A DNA stretch of 64,000 nucleotides. Source: an uncultured Chloroflexia bacterium (GTDB taxonomy: Bacteria > Chloroflexota > Limnocylindria > Limnocylindrales > CSP1-4). Shown here piece after piece: positions 48,098-58,664 of this stretch. The stretch spans positions 13,566-77,565 of the forward strand of contig CAVRBO010000002.1 in NCBI GenBank assembly GCA_963719285.1. The letters run 5' to 3'. The position numbers and the translations under genes are program-made. The first letter of the stretch is position 1. Every line of letters begins with the position of its first letter. The notes under the pieces were generated by a model that was not told the DNA's origin, did not search any database, and saw only the letters and a program-made list of their open reading frames with translations.

Positions 48098-49750
48098 TCA
48101 CATCCGGAAGACGCCGAACCGGCTCTCGGGGATCGGCGCGCAGAGGGACGCCTCGATGCCCATCGCGAGGACCCTGCGCGTGTCGAGCGGGTCGATGACC
48201 CCGTCGTCCCACAGGCGCGCGGTCGCGAAGTAGGGCGAGCCCTCGCGCTCGTAGGTCTCGAGGATCGGCGCCTCGAAAGCTTCCCGTTCGGCGTCCGAGC
48301 CCCACGTCCCGCCGGGGAGCGAGCCCTCACGGACGGTGGACAGGACCCGGGCCGCCTGGAGCCCGCCCATGACGCTGATCCGGCTGTTCGGCCACGACCA
48401 CAGGAGGCGCGGCCCGTACGCCCGGCCGGCCATGGCGTAGTTGCCGGCGCCGAAGCTGCCGCCGATGAGGATCGTGAACTTGGGCACCTCGGCGCCGGCG
48501 ACCGCGGTGACCATCTTCGCGCCGTCCTTGGCGATCCCGCCGGCCTCGTATTCGCGGCCGACCATGAACCCGGTGATGTTCTGGAGGAACACGAGCGGGA
48601 TCCGGCGCTGGGCCGCCAGCTCGATGAAGTGGGCGCCCTTGAGCGCCGACTGGCTGAACAGGATCCCGTCGTTCGCGACGATCGCGACGGGGTAGCCATC
48701 GAGGTGGGCGAAGCCGCACACGAGCGTCTCGCCATAGAGCGGCTTGAACTCGTGGAACCGGCTGCCGTCGACGAGGCGGGCGATGATCTCGCGCACGTCG
48801 ATAGGGCGGCGCGGGTCGGCCGAGACCGTGGCGTACAGGCCGGCGGCGGAGGGGCCTGCGCCCTCGGCGGTGCCCGGGTCGGCGGGGATGGCCGGTGGTT
48901 CGGGCGGGCGGCGGTCCCACGGTGGCTCGGGCGGCTTGCGGTTGAGGTTGGCGACGATGGACCGGCCGAGCGCGAGCGCGTGCTCGTCGTCAAGCGCGAG
49001 GTGGTCCACGACGCCGGAGATCCTGGCGTGCACGTCGCCCCCACCCAGATCCTCGGCCGTGACCTCCTCGCCGGTCGCCGCCTTCACCAGCGGCGGCCCG
49101 CCGAGGAAGATCGTGCCCGTGCCCTTGACGATCACCGTCTCGTCACTCATCGCCGGAACGTACGCACCGCCGGCCGTGCACGAGCCCATGACCAGGGCGA
49201 TCTGGGGGATCGCGGCCGCCGACAGGCGGGCCTGGTTGTAGAAGATCCGGCCGAAGTGGTCGCGGTCCGGGAAGACCTCCGCCTGGAGGGGCAGGAACGC
49301 GCCGCCCGAATCGACCAGGTAGAGGCACGGCAGCCGGTTCTCGAGGGCGATCTCCTGGGCGCGGAGGTGCTTCTTCACGGTCAGCGGGTAGTAGGTGCCG
49401 CCCTTGACCGTGGCGTCGTTGGCGACGACCACGCACAGCGTCCCTTCCACCCGGCCGATCCCGGTGACGATGCCCGCGGAGGGCGCGTCACCCTCGTACA
49501 GGCCGTCGGCGGCCAGCGGGCTCAGCTCGAGGAAGCCGCTGCCGGGGTCGAGCAGCCGGTCGATCCGCTCGCGGACCGGCAGCTTGCCCCGCTCCCGATG
49601 GCGGGCGATGGACCTCTCGTCCCCACCGGCGCCGCGGCCCGCGACCTCACGCTGGCGGCGCCGCAGATCGGCGACAAGCGCCGCCATCGCCCCGTGGTTG
49701 GCCCGGGTCTCCGGGGCGGTCGGGTCAAGACGGCTCCGTAGGACGGCCAT
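48098..49750 (-). CDS. Methylcrotonyl-CoA carboxylase beta (carboxyltransferase, LiuB-like)
   Basis: [53 protein letters not shown]. Confidence 0.9.
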   Translation of the reverse strand: MAVLRSRLDPTAPETRANHGAMAALVADLRRRQREVAGRGAGGDERSIARHRERGKLPVRERIDRLLDPGSGFLELSPLAADGLYEGDAPSAGIVTGIGRVEGTLCVVVANDATVKGGTYYPLTVKKHLRAQEIALENRLPCLYLVDSGGAFLPLQAEVFPDRDHFGRIFYNQARLSAAAIPQIALVMGSCTAGGAYVPAMSDETVIVKGTGTIFLGGPPLVKAATGEEVTAEDLGGGDVHARISGVVDHLALDDEHALALGRSIVANLNRKPPEPPWDRRPPEPPAIPADPGTAEGAGPSAAGLYATVSADPRRPIDVREIIARLVDGSRFHEFKPLYGETLVCGFAHLDGYPVAIVANDGILFSQSALKGAHFIELAAQRRIPLVFLQNITGFMVGREYEAGGIAKDGAKMVTAVAGAEVPKFTILIGGSFGAGNYAMAGRAYGPRLLWSWPNSRISVMGGLQAARVLSTVREGSLPGGTWGSDAEREAFEAPILETYEREGSPYFATARLWDDGVIDPLDTRRVLAMGIEASLCAPIPESRFGVFRM

Positions 49751-50012
49751 GGCCGCGATGATACGCGGCGCCCAGCAGGGCGAAGCCGCCGACGACAAGC
49801 CCGACGGCGGCGGCCATCCAGGGCCCGACGTCCGGTCCGTCGGCGCAGTCGACGGAGCAGCTGCTCGACACCCGCGTGAACAGGAAGAGCCAGGTCGTGC
49901 CCCACGCGATGAGGGTTCCGCCGGCGCCGATGGGCCGCGGGCGTGCCAGGCATCCGACCGCGATCGCCAGCGGGCCCAGGAGTGGCACACCAACCGAGAA
50001 CGTCACGACCAT
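49725..50012 (-). CDS. Small hypothetical membrane protein (true start uncertain; frame open to 50063)
   Basis: Three to four hydrophobic segments and a CSVDC motif; the upstream in-frame extension SPGAFGLGFVAGALGGL is also hydrophobic. Confidence 0.5.
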   Translation of the reverse strand: MVVTFSVGVPLLGPLAIAVGCLARPRPIGAGGTLIAWGTTWLFLFTRVSSSCSVDCADGPDVGPWMAAAVGLVVGGFALLGAAYHRGHGRPTEPS

Positions 50013-50063
50013 GAGGCCGCCGAGTGCGCCCGCAACGAACCCGAGGCCGAACGCGCCGGGCGA

Positions 50064-50291
50064 TCATCCGGCCTCGCGCGCCCGGTACCAGCGCAGGTCG
50101 GCTCGACCGAAGCCGCCTGCAGGCGGCACTCCGGCGCGGATGACTTCGGGCGAGAGCGGCGTCCGGGTCAGGGCGAGGTCGGGTGGCGGCACGTCGGCGA
50201 AGGGCAGCGGGTCGACGACGCCCTCGGCCAGGATCTCGACCTGCGCGCGGGCGACGAACCCGGTCCCACCGGTGATCGCGACGCGGCTCAT
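50064..50291 (-). pseudogene. Internally deleted remnant of an NAD-dependent epimerase/dehydratase
   Basis: Rossmann start MSRVAITGGTGFV joined directly to a C-terminal-like segment (QVEILAEGVV...GGFGRADLRW); only 75 aa. Confidence 0.6.
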
Positions 50292-50349
50292 CGGTCGCGG
50301 CCCGACGCGAGTTCGCCCCGAAGCAGTCGTCGCCTCGTGCGGAGCGTGG

Positions 50350-50901
50350 TCATGCGACCGTCTTTGTGGACGCTCGGCCGCCCGGCGCGGCGAGCGCGAA
50401 GAGCGGCAGGCCGAAGAACAGCGTTCCGAAGAAGGTGGTGGTCAGCCAGCTCGACGCAGCCACGGTTGGGCTGATCCTCCCGGCGGTCTGGGCGGCGTCG
50501 AGGCCTCCGAGGACGATCGCGGCCGCAGGCAGGACCACGAAGCCGAGGCCGAGGACGACCTTCACGATCGCCGGCACGTCGCCGAACCGCGCGCCGGGCC
50601 GGAACGCGAGTGCAACCACGACAGCCGCGATGAACTCGATGACCGCGAACTGCGCCCAGAAGCTCACCGGCTGAGTCGGGTAGTAGTACGCGTCCGGATC
50701 GGTCACGACGGGCGCCACGGGCAGGTTCGGCAGCACGCCGAGCAGCGCGATCGTGGCCTGGACCAGGAGGGCTGCGACCAGGACGACGACGTGCGAGCGG
50801 AGCCACGGAAGGATCTGGTAGTCGGTGCCGCTCGAGGATGGCACCTGCCACTGACTCCCCGGAACGGACAGCGGGTCGGTCGGTTTGGTCGGCGTGGTCA
50901 T
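50350..50901 (-). CDS. Hypothetical membrane protein
   Basis: SD GAGGT before ATG; about four hydrophobic segments. Confidence 0.6.
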   Translation of the reverse strand: MTTPTKPTDPLSVPGSQWQVPSSSGTDYQILPWLRSHVVVLVAALLVQATIALLGVLPNLPVAPVVTDPDAYYYPTQPVSFWAQFAVIEFIAAVVVALAFRPGARFGDVPAIVKVVLGLGFVVLPAAAIVLGGLDAAQTAGRISPTVAASSWLTTTFFGTLFFGLPLFALAAPGGRASTKTVA

Positions 50902-51029
50902 GGCGAGCACCTCTTGTGCTACTCTGGTCTAGCAAGTTATGGACCGAATACCTGCTACTGTCAAGTGGCGCGTTTCCGACGCGCACCGGCGGCTCGCGAG
51001 CCCGCGCGGCGGGGCATGGCTGTGCCACG

Positions 51030-51812
51030 ATGTCCGTTGACGTGACCACCACCGCCACCGCTCGCCGCACCGCCCGACCGACGCCGTCGAGCGGCTCGTC
51101 CGTGCGCTCCACGTCCGAGCGGGCGGAGGCGATCCGGCGCGCGCTCGCCGACGCGTGGGGCCAGATGGGCGCGGCCTGGGGCGTCGCTCCCGCCATCGCG
51201 CGGGTCCACGGCTATCTGCTCGCCCACCAGGCGCCGCTCACCGAGCGGGAGGTCCGCGAGGCGCTCGGGCTGAGCCACCGCGCGGCCAGCCTGGCCCTCG
51301 CCGAATCGGAGGCGTGGGGCCTCGTCGAGCGGGTGCCGGAGCCGCGTCGCGTGGGCCGGCGCGGGCCACCCGGCGTCGCGTTCAAGGCCGTCGGCGACCA
51401 CTGGCAGTGGTTCATCCGGATCGTCGAGCAGCGCAAGCTCCGCGAGGGCGATCCGGTCCTCGTCGTGATCGCCGACGCGGCCGAGGAGGCGCGCCAGGCC
51501 GTCGCCGAGCATCCCGCCGACGTCGAGCTCGTCGCGCTGCGCGACTGGTTGACGAGCTTCCACGACTTCGTCCGGCTGTTCGACCGGTCGATCGGGATCG
51601 TCCCGCAGCTCGATCCCCGTCAACTCGAGCGTGCCCTTCGGCTCATCGGCCGGATCCCGGACGAGACCGCGTTACGTCTCGTCCGCCTCCTGGTCGAGAT
51701 CCCCGACGCCGACGTGCTCCCGCTGCTCGAGACGATGTCGCGCCTCTCCCCGGCCGGCGCGCGCCGGGCGACGAAGCTGATCGCGGGCGTGGTCCGGACG
51801 GTCAGCCGCTAG
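51030..51812 (+). CDS. GbsR/MarR-like transcriptional regulator
   Basis: WGQMGAAWGVAPAIARVHGYLL, LTEREVREALGLSHRAASLAL, WGLVERV winged-helix pattern. Confidence 0.78.
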   Translation: MSVDVTTTATARRTARPTPSSGSSVRSTSERAEAIRRALADAWGQMGAAWGVAPAIARVHGYLLAHQAPLTEREVREALGLSHRAASLALAESEAWGLVERVPEPRRVGRRGPPGVAFKAVGDHWQWFIRIVEQRKLREGDPVLVVIADAAEEARQAVAEHPADVELVALRDWLTSFHDFVRLFDRSIGIVPQLDPRQLERALRLIGRIPDETALRLVRLLVEIPDADVLPLLETMSRLSPAGARRATKLIAGVVRTVSR

Positions 51813-51840
51813 GGCCGCGACCGCCCCCGGAATCGCCGAT

Positions 51841-51968
51841 ACCACCCCCCGTGGTGTTCGCCACGGTCCCACGCGACACACCGTTCCACGTCGTGCTCGG
51901 CACACCACGCACGGTGGTAGCCGGCGCGAAACGCGGCGGTCCGGCTCCCTACCACCACCCTGGGTGGT
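51841..51968. repeat. Three copies of the palindrome ACCAC-N5-GTGGT in an intergenic region
   Basis: 51841..51855, 51904..51918, 51954..51968. Confidence 0.8.
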
Positions 51969-52156
51969 AGATGCAGCCGCAGGGCCGAGGGCCGAGGGAC
52001 GATCAGCTGGCACGTTCCACGCCACGCCCTCAGCCGTGGTTCGTGCCAGCGCGAGCACGGCCGCATCACGCCCGCGACATCCGGCGCCGAACGGCCGCGA
52101 ACCGTCTCGCGGATCGCCGGTCGGACCCGGCCCCGTAGGGGCCACGCCGAAGCTCG

Positions 52157-52165
52157 TGCCATAAT
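52157..52165 (+). promoter_or_regulatory. Candidate extended -10 element for pdxST
   Basis: TG-c-CATAAT about 100 bp upstream of the pdxS ATG; stands out in GC-rich DNA. Confidence 0.45.
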
Positions 52166-52266
52166 CGAGGCCGCGGGCAGCGACCCGACCGACTCGAACG
52201 GGCGAGGACCCCGGGGCCAGCACGGCGGGCAGCGAGCGCGCGCAGAGACCAGAGGTTCACCTCAGC

Positions 52267-53154
52267 ATGACCGTCGATACGTCCACCTGGGTCACGAAGA
52301 AGGGCCTCGCCCAGATGCTCAAGGGCGGGGTGATCATGGACGTCGTCACGCCCGAGCACGCACGGATCGCCGAGGAGGCGGGTGCGGTGGCCGTCATGGC
52401 CCTCGAGCGCGTGCCGGCCGACATCCGCGCCTCGGGCGGCGTCGCCCGGATGAGCGATCCGGCCATGATCGAGGGGATCATGAAGGCCGTCTCCATCCCG
52501 GTGATGGCGAAGGCGCGGATCGGTCACTTCGTGGAGGCCCAGATCCTGGAGGCGCTCGGCGTCGACTACATCGATGAGTCCGAGGTCCTCACCCCGGCCG
52601 ACGAGACGAATCACATCGACAAGCACGCCTTCAAGGTCCCGTTCGTGTGCGGTTGCCGCAACCTGGGCGAGGCGCTCCGCCGGATCAACGAGGGCTCGGC
52701 GATGATCCGGACGAAGGGCGAGGCCGGGACCGGCAACATCGTCGAGGCCGTCCGCCAGCTGCGGGCCGTCCTGTCCGAGATCCGCCGGCTCCAGGGGATG
52801 CGCGAGGACGAGCTGTTCGTCGCCGCCAAGGAGCTCCAGGCGCCATATGAGCTCGTCAAGGGCGTCGCGGCCGAGGGCAAGCTCCCGGTCGTCAACTTCG
52901 TCGCCGGCGGCATCAGCACCCCGGCCGACGCGGCCCTCGTCATGCAGATCGGCGCGGAGGGCGTGTTCGTCGGCTCGGGCATCTTCAAGAGCGAGGACCC
53001 GGCCCGGATGGCGAATGCGATCGTCCAGGCCACGACCCACTTCGACGACGCCAAGATCCTGGCCGACATCAGCAAGGGCCTGGGCGCCCCGATGCGGGGG
53101 ATCGCCCTCGAGACCATCCCCGAGCAGGAGCGGCTGGCCGTTCGCGGTTGGTGA
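52267..53154 (+). CDS. pdxS: Pyridoxal 5'-phosphate synthase lyase subunit
   Basis: [55 protein letters not shown]. Confidence 0.97.
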   Translation: MTVDTSTWVTKKGLAQMLKGGVIMDVVTPEHARIAEEAGAVAVMALERVPADIRASGGVARMSDPAMIEGIMKAVSIPVMAKARIGHFVEAQILEALGVDYIDESEVLTPADETNHIDKHAFKVPFVCGCRNLGEALRRINEGSAMIRTKGEAGTGNIVEAVRQLRAVLSEIRRLQGMREDELFVAAKELQAPYELVKGVAAEGKLPVVNFVAGGISTPADAALVMQIGAEGVFVGSGIFKSEDPARMANAIVQATTHFDDAKILADISKGLGAPMRGIALETIPEQERLAVRGW

Positions 53155-53202
53155 GCGGCCCAGGGCGCGGAGAGCGCTGACGGTGCGGGGAGCGCTGACG
53201 TC

Positions 53203-53841
53203 ATGAAGATCGGGGTCCTGGCGATCCAGGGCGCGTTCATCGAGCATGTCCGGACGTTCCGGTCCATCGGGATCGAGGCGGTCGAAGTTCGCCTGCCGTC
53301 CGATCTCGACGGCGTGGCCGGCCTCGTCCTGCCCGGCGGCGAGAGCACGGCGATGCGCCGGCTCATCGAGCGCTGGGAGCTGCGCGAGCCGATCATGCGC
53401 CTCGCGGCGAGCGGCGCCCCGCTGTTCGGCACCTGCGCCGGCATGATCCTCGTCGCGAAGGAGATCACCTCCGGCGAGCCCGCGGTCCTGCCGCTCCTGG
53501 ACGTGACCGTCGAGCGCAACGCGTTCGGCCGCCAGCTCGACTCGTTCGAGGCCGATCTGAGCGTGCCGATCCTGGGCGACCAGCCGGTCCACGGCGTGTT
53601 CATCCGGGCGCCCGTCATCACCCGCACGGGCCCGGGCGTGGATGTCCTCGCCCGCCTCGAGGATGGCCGGATCGTCGCCGTCCGCGAGGGCAACGTCATC
53701 GCCACGGCGTTCCATCCCGAACTCGCCGGCGAGACCCGCTTCCACCGGCTCGTGTCCACGATGGCCGCCGAACACGACGACCCGGCCGAGGGCAGCGGCC
53801 GCCGCCACATCCCCACCCGCCGCGAGGCGAGCGCCCGATGA
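53203..53841 (+). CDS. pdxT: Pyridoxal 5'-phosphate synthase glutaminase subunit
   Basis: GVLAIQG, PGGEST, GTCAGMI, RNAFGRQLDSFE, FHPEL. Confidence 0.96.
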   Translation: MKIGVLAIQGAFIEHVRTFRSIGIEAVEVRLPSDLDGVAGLVLPGGESTAMRRLIERWELREPIMRLAASGAPLFGTCAGMILVAKEITSGEPAVLPLLDVTVERNAFGRQLDSFEADLSVPILGDQPVHGVFIRAPVITRTGPGVDVLARLEDGRIVAVREGNVIATAFHPELAGETRFHRLVSTMAAEHDDPAEGSGRRHIPTRREASAR

Positions 53842-53899
53842 TCGGACCGGAACCGCGGCGGCCCGCCGATCTCCGGCACCAGGGGCGAGGACCCGCCCG

Positions 53900-54949
53900 G
53901 TGAGCGCCCGGTCCGGCAAGGTCCGGATGGCTCGCCTGACCGACCTCGCGGCCCTCGGCGAGCTGTCGCGCCTGTGCCAGGGCGACGGCGCCCTGACCCG
54001 GTCGCTCGGCCTGCCGGTGAGTGGTCCGCCGATCGGGATGTTCAACCTGTTCCGACTGCCGCTCGGCGCCTTCAGCCCGCACGATCTGCTGTACGTCTTC
54101 GAGGACGACGGCCGGCTCGCCGGGCTCCTTCGCGTGGAGCGCGAGAGCCATCGAGACGAATGGACGGTCGTGGAGCTCGACGGGATCGGCCAGGCCGAGG
54201 CCGGCGACATCCGCTTCCGGCTCGTCCAGCACCTGCTTCGCGACGGCAGCAAGCGCGGCGCGGTCCGGTTCCACGTGGCCTGCGCCGACACGGACGGCAA
54301 CGTGGAGCTGTTCATGCAGGCCGGCTTCGTCCGCTATGGCGAGGAGATCGTGCTCTCGCGGCCGTCCGGTCCGGAGCTGCCCACGCCGTGGACCGACGAG
54401 GAGACGACGGAGCAGCGCATCCGGCCCGCGGTCGTGCTCGACTCCCTGGCCCTCGCCCGCCTCTACAACACCGCGACCCCGGCACCCGTCCAGCGCCTCG
54501 AGGCCCTTCGGCTCGCGGACTGGGAGCGCCAGGGCACGTCCTGGCGTGTCCCGCGGTCCTCGCTCGCGCCGATCCTCCGCTTCGCGGACGTCGAGGCGTT
54601 CGCCCAGGAAGCCGAAGGCGGCGGGAAGGACGGGACGGTCCTCGACGGCTTCCTCCAGGTCGGGGTGGCCAAGGAGGACCAGCCCCACTATCTCAAGGTG
54701 ATGGTCCGGCCGGGCGCCGACAGCGGGCCACTCATCCGGTTCGGTCTGGGCGTGATCGCCGCGCGGACACCGAAGGATGCGGACCACCGCCACGACCACG
54801 GGGTCATCGCGCCCGTCCGGACGTACGAACACCCGGTGGATCGGGCACTGGAGGACAACGGCTTCGACCCCATCTCGACCGTGACGCTGCTCATGAAAGA
54901 GACCCTCGTCCGGGTCGCGGAGCCGGCCCTCGTGCCGGCCGTCCGTTGA
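53900..54949 (+). CDS. Hypothetical protein with probable tandem GNAT-like folds
   Basis: [12 protein letters not shown] and [16 protein letters not shown]-like starts; VELFMQAGF; start GTG 53900 or ATG 53927. Confidence 0.6.
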   Translation: MSARSGKVRMARLTDLAALGELSRLCQGDGALTRSLGLPVSGPPIGMFNLFRLPLGAFSPHDLLYVFEDDGRLAGLLRVERESHRDEWTVVELDGIGQAEAGDIRFRLVQHLLRDGSKRGAVRFHVACADTDGNVELFMQAGFVRYGEEIVLSRPSGPELPTPWTDEETTEQRIRPAVVLDSLALARLYNTATPAPVQRLEALRLADWERQGTSWRVPRSSLAPILRFADVEAFAQEAEGGGKDGTVLDGFLQVGVAKEDQPHYLKVMVRPGADSGPLIRFGLGVIAARTPKDADHRHDHGVIAPVRTYEHPVDRALEDNGFDPISTVTLLMKETLVRVAEPALVPAVR

Positions 54950-54969
54950 TCCCCAACCAGGGAGGCGAC

Positions 54970-57183
54970 GTGGCACCACTCGACCGCAACCGCGAGGCGA
55001 TGGACGATCTCGACCTGCTCCTCGGCGCGCTGCCCATGGAGGTCGTGGCCGCCGTCCACGCCCTGCCCGACAAGTCGCAGCTCATCGAGGTCGTGCTCGA
55101 CCTGGGTCGCCGGCCGGAGGCGCGCTTCCCGAACAGCGAGGTGATCCTCCTCGACCGCGAGGTGACCGAGGCCGACATCGACCACGTCGTGGACCACATC
55201 GGGAACTTCGGGGACGACAACCGGGCGGGCATCGAGCGGACGCTCCACCGCATCTCGGCGATCCGCAACCGCAAGGGCAAGGTCGTCGGCCTCACCTGCC
55301 GGATCGGCAAGGCGGTGTTCGGGACGATCGAGATCATCCAGGACTTCGTGGAGTCCGGGAAGAGCATCCTGATCATGGGCCGGCCGGGCATCGGCAAGAC
55401 GACGATGCTGCGCGAGGCTGCGCGGGTGCTCGCCGACGACCTCGGCAAGCGGGTGGTCGTGGTCGACACCTCGAACGAGATCGCCGGCGATGGCGACATC
55501 CCCCACCCGGCGATCGGCAAGGCTCGCCGGATGCAGGTCCGCACGCCCTCCCTCCAGCACGAGGTGATGATCGAGGCGGTCGAGAACCACATGCCCCAGG
55601 TGATCGTCATCGACGAGATCGGGACGGAGCTCGAGGCCCAGGCCGCCCGGACGATCGCCGAACGCGGCGTCCAGCTCATCGGCACGGCCCACGGCAACAA
55701 CCTCGACAACCTGATGCTCAACCCGACCCTGTCGGACCTCATCGGCGGGATCCAGACGGTCACCCTGGGCGACGAGGAGGCCCGCCGCCGGCGCTCACAG
55801 AAGAGCGTGCTCGAGCGCAAGCAGCCGCCCACGTTCGACGCGATCATCGAGATCCAGGACCGTGAGCGGGTCGTCGTCCACGGCGACGTCGCCGAGACGA
55901 TCGACGCGCTGCTGCGCGGCGAGGCGGTCGCGCCCGAGCTGCGCTGGCGCGACGAGGAAGGTGTCCATCGCTCCCAGTCACGGCCGCGCCCGTCACCGCG
56001 CGAGCAGCTCGGCGCCGAGCGGTTCGCCGGCCTCATCGGCAGCGGCCAGCCGTGGCGGATGGAGCCGGGTTGGCGAGGAGAAGGCGCCTATCGGAGCCCC
56101 GGCTTCGGGGCGGCCGGCGGGACGACGTTCCACGAGGGTGACCGGAGCGGCTACCGGCCGGGCTATCGCCCCGGCACGTCCGGGGGCTGGCGCCAGACGC
56201 GCGGCGGATCCACCCGCGAGTCGGGCTCGCGCGAGGGCGGGCGAACGCGTGCGTCCGGGCTGCCCGGCGGCGGACTCAATGGCGGCGCGGGCGACCCGTC
56301 AGCCGGTCGGCTCGTGATGCCCGGGGAGCATTTCGGCCCCGACCGGGTGGCGGGTGCCGGGCTGTCCGTCCGGCCGGAGGATCGGCCGTTCGTCGCCGGC
56401 GACATCGCCGACCGGGGTCCGCTGGAACGTGGCGCGCCGGCTCTCACCGCGGACGATCGGGCGCGCGACGCGCGCGAACGCGGGCGCCAGAAGGCGTGGC
56501 GCGACCAGGCCGCTCGGGCCATCGACGCGCTCAAGGCGGACGAAGGGACCGGGCCGGTCAACGCCGAGGAGATGGCCGCGGCGGCGGACCGGGCCCTGGC
56601 TGCGGTCGCCGCGCTGCCGCCGGTGGACCTCGAGGCGGACGAGCCCGAGGAGGCCGACGAGCCGGACGAGGCGGGGACGACCGTCCTCCATGTCGAGAAC
56701 GCCGGCACCCTGCCGACGCTCCGTGTCCTGCCCCAGGGCATCAGCCGCAAGCGGCTCGAGCAGTCGATCCGCGAGCTCCAGCTGCCGGTGATCATCGCCC
56801 GCGATGTCGACGAGGCGGACGTGGTCATGACCCTCCGCCCGGAGTACCGCCAGAAGACGCCCGTCCTGCGCGAGGCCGAGGAGCGGGCGATGCCGATCTA
56901 CGTCCTCAAGACGAATTCGGTCCAGCAGATGCAGGCGAGCCTGACCTCGATCTTCGCGCTCGAGCTCGACCCGCGCGACGCCGCGATGCGCGAGACGGAG
57001 GAGGCGATCGACATCGTCCTGAGCCGCTCGGAACCGGTCGAGCTGGCACCGCAGAACGCGTACATCCGGCGGCTCCAGCACCAGATGGCCGAGCGGGCGA
57101 ACCTCGTCTCCCGCTCCCGCGGCCGCGAACCGTACCGCCGCGTGCGCCTCTACCCGGACGTGGCCCGGACCGCCTGGCGCTGA
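54970..57183 (+). CDS. SpoIIIAA/Ycf45-type AAA+ ATPase with C-terminal R3H domain
   Basis: [47 protein letters not shown]; R3H motif [14 protein letters not shown]; SD GGAGG. Confidence 0.88.
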   Translation: MAPLDRNREAMDDLDLLLGALPMEVVAAVHALPDKSQLIEVVLDLGRRPEARFPNSEVILLDREVTEADIDHVVDHIGNFGDDNRAGIERTLHRISAIRNRKGKVVGLTCRIGKAVFGTIEIIQDFVESGKSILIMGRPGIGKTTMLREAARVLADDLGKRVVVVDTSNEIAGDGDIPHPAIGKARRMQVRTPSLQHEVMIEAVENHMPQVIVIDEIGTELEAQAARTIAERGVQLIGTAHGNNLDNLMLNPTLSDLIGGIQTVTLGDEEARRRRSQKSVLERKQPPTFDAIIEIQDRERVVVHGDVAETIDALLRGEAVAPELRWRDEEGVHRSQSRPRPSPREQLGAERFAGLIGSGQPWRMEPGWRGEGAYRSPGFGAAGGTTFHEGDRSGYRPGYRPGTSGGWRQTRGGSTRESGSREGGRTRASGLPGGGLNGGAGDPSAGRLVMPGEHFGPDRVAGAGLSVRPEDRPFVAGDIADRGPLERGAPALTADDRARDARERGRQKAWRDQAARAIDALKADEGTGPVNAEEMAAAADRALAAVAALPPVDLEADEPEEADEPDEAGTTVLHVENAGTLPTLRVLPQGISRKRLEQSIRELQLPVIIARDVDEADVVMTLRPEYRQKTPVLREAEERAMPIYVLKTNSVQQMQASLTSIFALELDPRDAAMRETEEAIDIVLSRSEPVELAPQNAYIRRLQHQMAERANLVSRSRGREPYRRVRLYPDVARTAWR

Positions 57184-57187
57184 CCGG

Positions 57188-58618
57188 CTAGCGGAACTCC
57201 CGGCGGAGGGCTGAGACGGCGGCGTGGTGGCCGCACATGCCGTGGACGCCGCCGCCGGGTGGCGTTGCCGACGAGCAGAGGTAGATGCCTTTCGCCGGCG
57301 TCGCGTACGGGTCGAGCGAGGGGACCGGGCGGAAGACGAGCTGGCGCCAGTCCTGGACTCCCACGTTGATATCGCCGCCGACATAGTTCTCGTCGTAGGC
57401 GGCGACCTCGGTCGCGTTCTTCGTGGCCCGGGCCAGGATGAGATCCGCGAAGCCGGGAGCGAAGCGCTCGATCTGGGCCTCGATCCGGGCGGTCATGTCC
57501 AGCGTCGACCCGGACGGCACGTGGCAGTAGGCCCAGGCGGTGTGCCTGCCGGCGGGCGCCCGCGACGGGTCGAACTGGCTCTGCTGGACGACGAGGACGA
57601 ACGGGCGCTCGGCGTGCCGGCCGGTCGCGACCTCGGATTCGGACGTTGCGATCTCTGTGAGCGTGCCACCGACGTGGACCGTGCCGGCTCCTCGTACGGC
57701 GGCGTTCGTCCACGGGATCGGCGCCGAGAGTGCCCAGTCGATCTTGAAGATGCCCGGGCCGTAGCGGTAACGCTCGAGGCGTCGGCGGTACCCGGCCGGG
57801 AGACGGTCGCCGCAGACCTCGAGCATCGTTCGCGGCGACGTCGCGAAGAGGATCGCCTTCGCCGGGGGGAGCTCGTCGAGGCGCCCGATGCGCCGACCGG
57901 TGACGACCTCACCGCCGAGCGATGCGAGCTCTGCCACGAGCGCATCGGTGAGCACGCCGCTCCCGCCGGCGATCATCGGCCAGCCGACGGCGTGCGCGAA
58001 GAGGCCCAGCGCGAGCCCGAACGAGGCGCTCAACCGAGCCTCGAGCCGCAGCATCGAATGGGCGGCGAGGCCGCCGAACAGGGCTTGGGCCTCGTCCCCA
58101 CCGAACCGCGAGCGCGCGAGCCCCACGGCAGAGCGCAGGGCGGGGAGCCCGAAACGGGCCAGCGCGAGCGGATGTCGCGGGACATGGACGACCGGCCCGA
58201 GCAACTCGGGCGCAAGCTTGTCGACCTCGCCCGAGATGCGCCCGAATGTCCGGCGCCAGGCCCGCCCGTCGGTACCCAGCCCAGCGGCCGTCGTCTCGAC
58301 CGAGCGATGGATGATCCCTGCCCGTCGGCCATCGAGCGGCTGGGCGACGGGCACGTCCGGGTGGATGAACGTCACTCCGTGAGCGGCGAGGTCGATCGAG
58401 CGGAAGAACGGCGACGCAAGGGCCGTCGGATGGATCGCCGAGCAGGGATCGTGCCGGTAACCGGGGAGCGTCAGCTCTGCCGTTCGAAGGCCGCCGCCGG
58501 GGGTGTCGGCCGCCTCGTAGACAACGACCGAGCGCCCGGCCCGCGCGAGCGTGATGGCCGCGGCCAGCCCGTTCGGACCCGATCCGACGACGATCGCATC
58601 GGGTGCGTCGGTCGTCAC
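57188..58618 (-). CDS. FAD-dependent oxidoreductase, phytoene-dehydrogenase-like
   Basis: VVGSGPNGL, EAADTPGGG, HDPCSAIHP, YVGGDI, CSSATPPGGGVHGMCG. Confidence 0.88.
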   Translation of the reverse strand: MTTDAPDAIVVGSGPNGLAAAITLARAGRSVVVYEAADTPGGGLRTAELTLPGYRHDPCSAIHPTALASPFFRSIDLAAHGVTFIHPDVPVAQPLDGRRAGIIHRSVETTAAGLGTDGRAWRRTFGRISGEVDKLAPELLGPVVHVPRHPLALARFGLPALRSAVGLARSRFGGDEAQALFGGLAAHSMLRLEARLSASFGLALGLFAHAVGWPMIAGGSGVLTDALVAELASLGGEVVTGRRIGRLDELPPAKAILFATSPRTMLEVCGDRLPAGYRRRLERYRYGPGIFKIDWALSAPIPWTNAAVRGAGTVHVGGTLTEIATSESEVATGRHAERPFVLVVQQSQFDPSRAPAGRHTAWAYCHVPSGSTLDMTARIEAQIERFAPGFADLILARATKNATEVAAYDENYVGGDINVGVQDWRQLVFRPVPSLDPYATPAKGIYLCSSATPPGGGVHGMCGHHAAVSALRREFR

Positions 58619-58664
58619 GAGCGGACCGTCATGCGGCAGCCGCGCCACGCCTTCGCGGTCGCCG

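Noticed and set aside
50064-50066. Selenocysteine readthrough joining ORFs 50064..50291 and 49725..50012 (same frame)
   Set aside because: The upstream part is a deleted epimerase remnant, the downstream part is an unrelated membrane peptide, and no SECIS-like hairpin is evident.
50930-50957. TAGCA-N18-TGCTA inverted repeat as operator of the GbsR-like regulator
   Set aside because: Arms of only 5 bp and a single instance; too weak without comparative data.
51882-52021. parS sites (CGTTCCACG at 51882 and 52013)
   Set aside because: Only half of the GTTTCACGTGAAAC palindrome is present in each.
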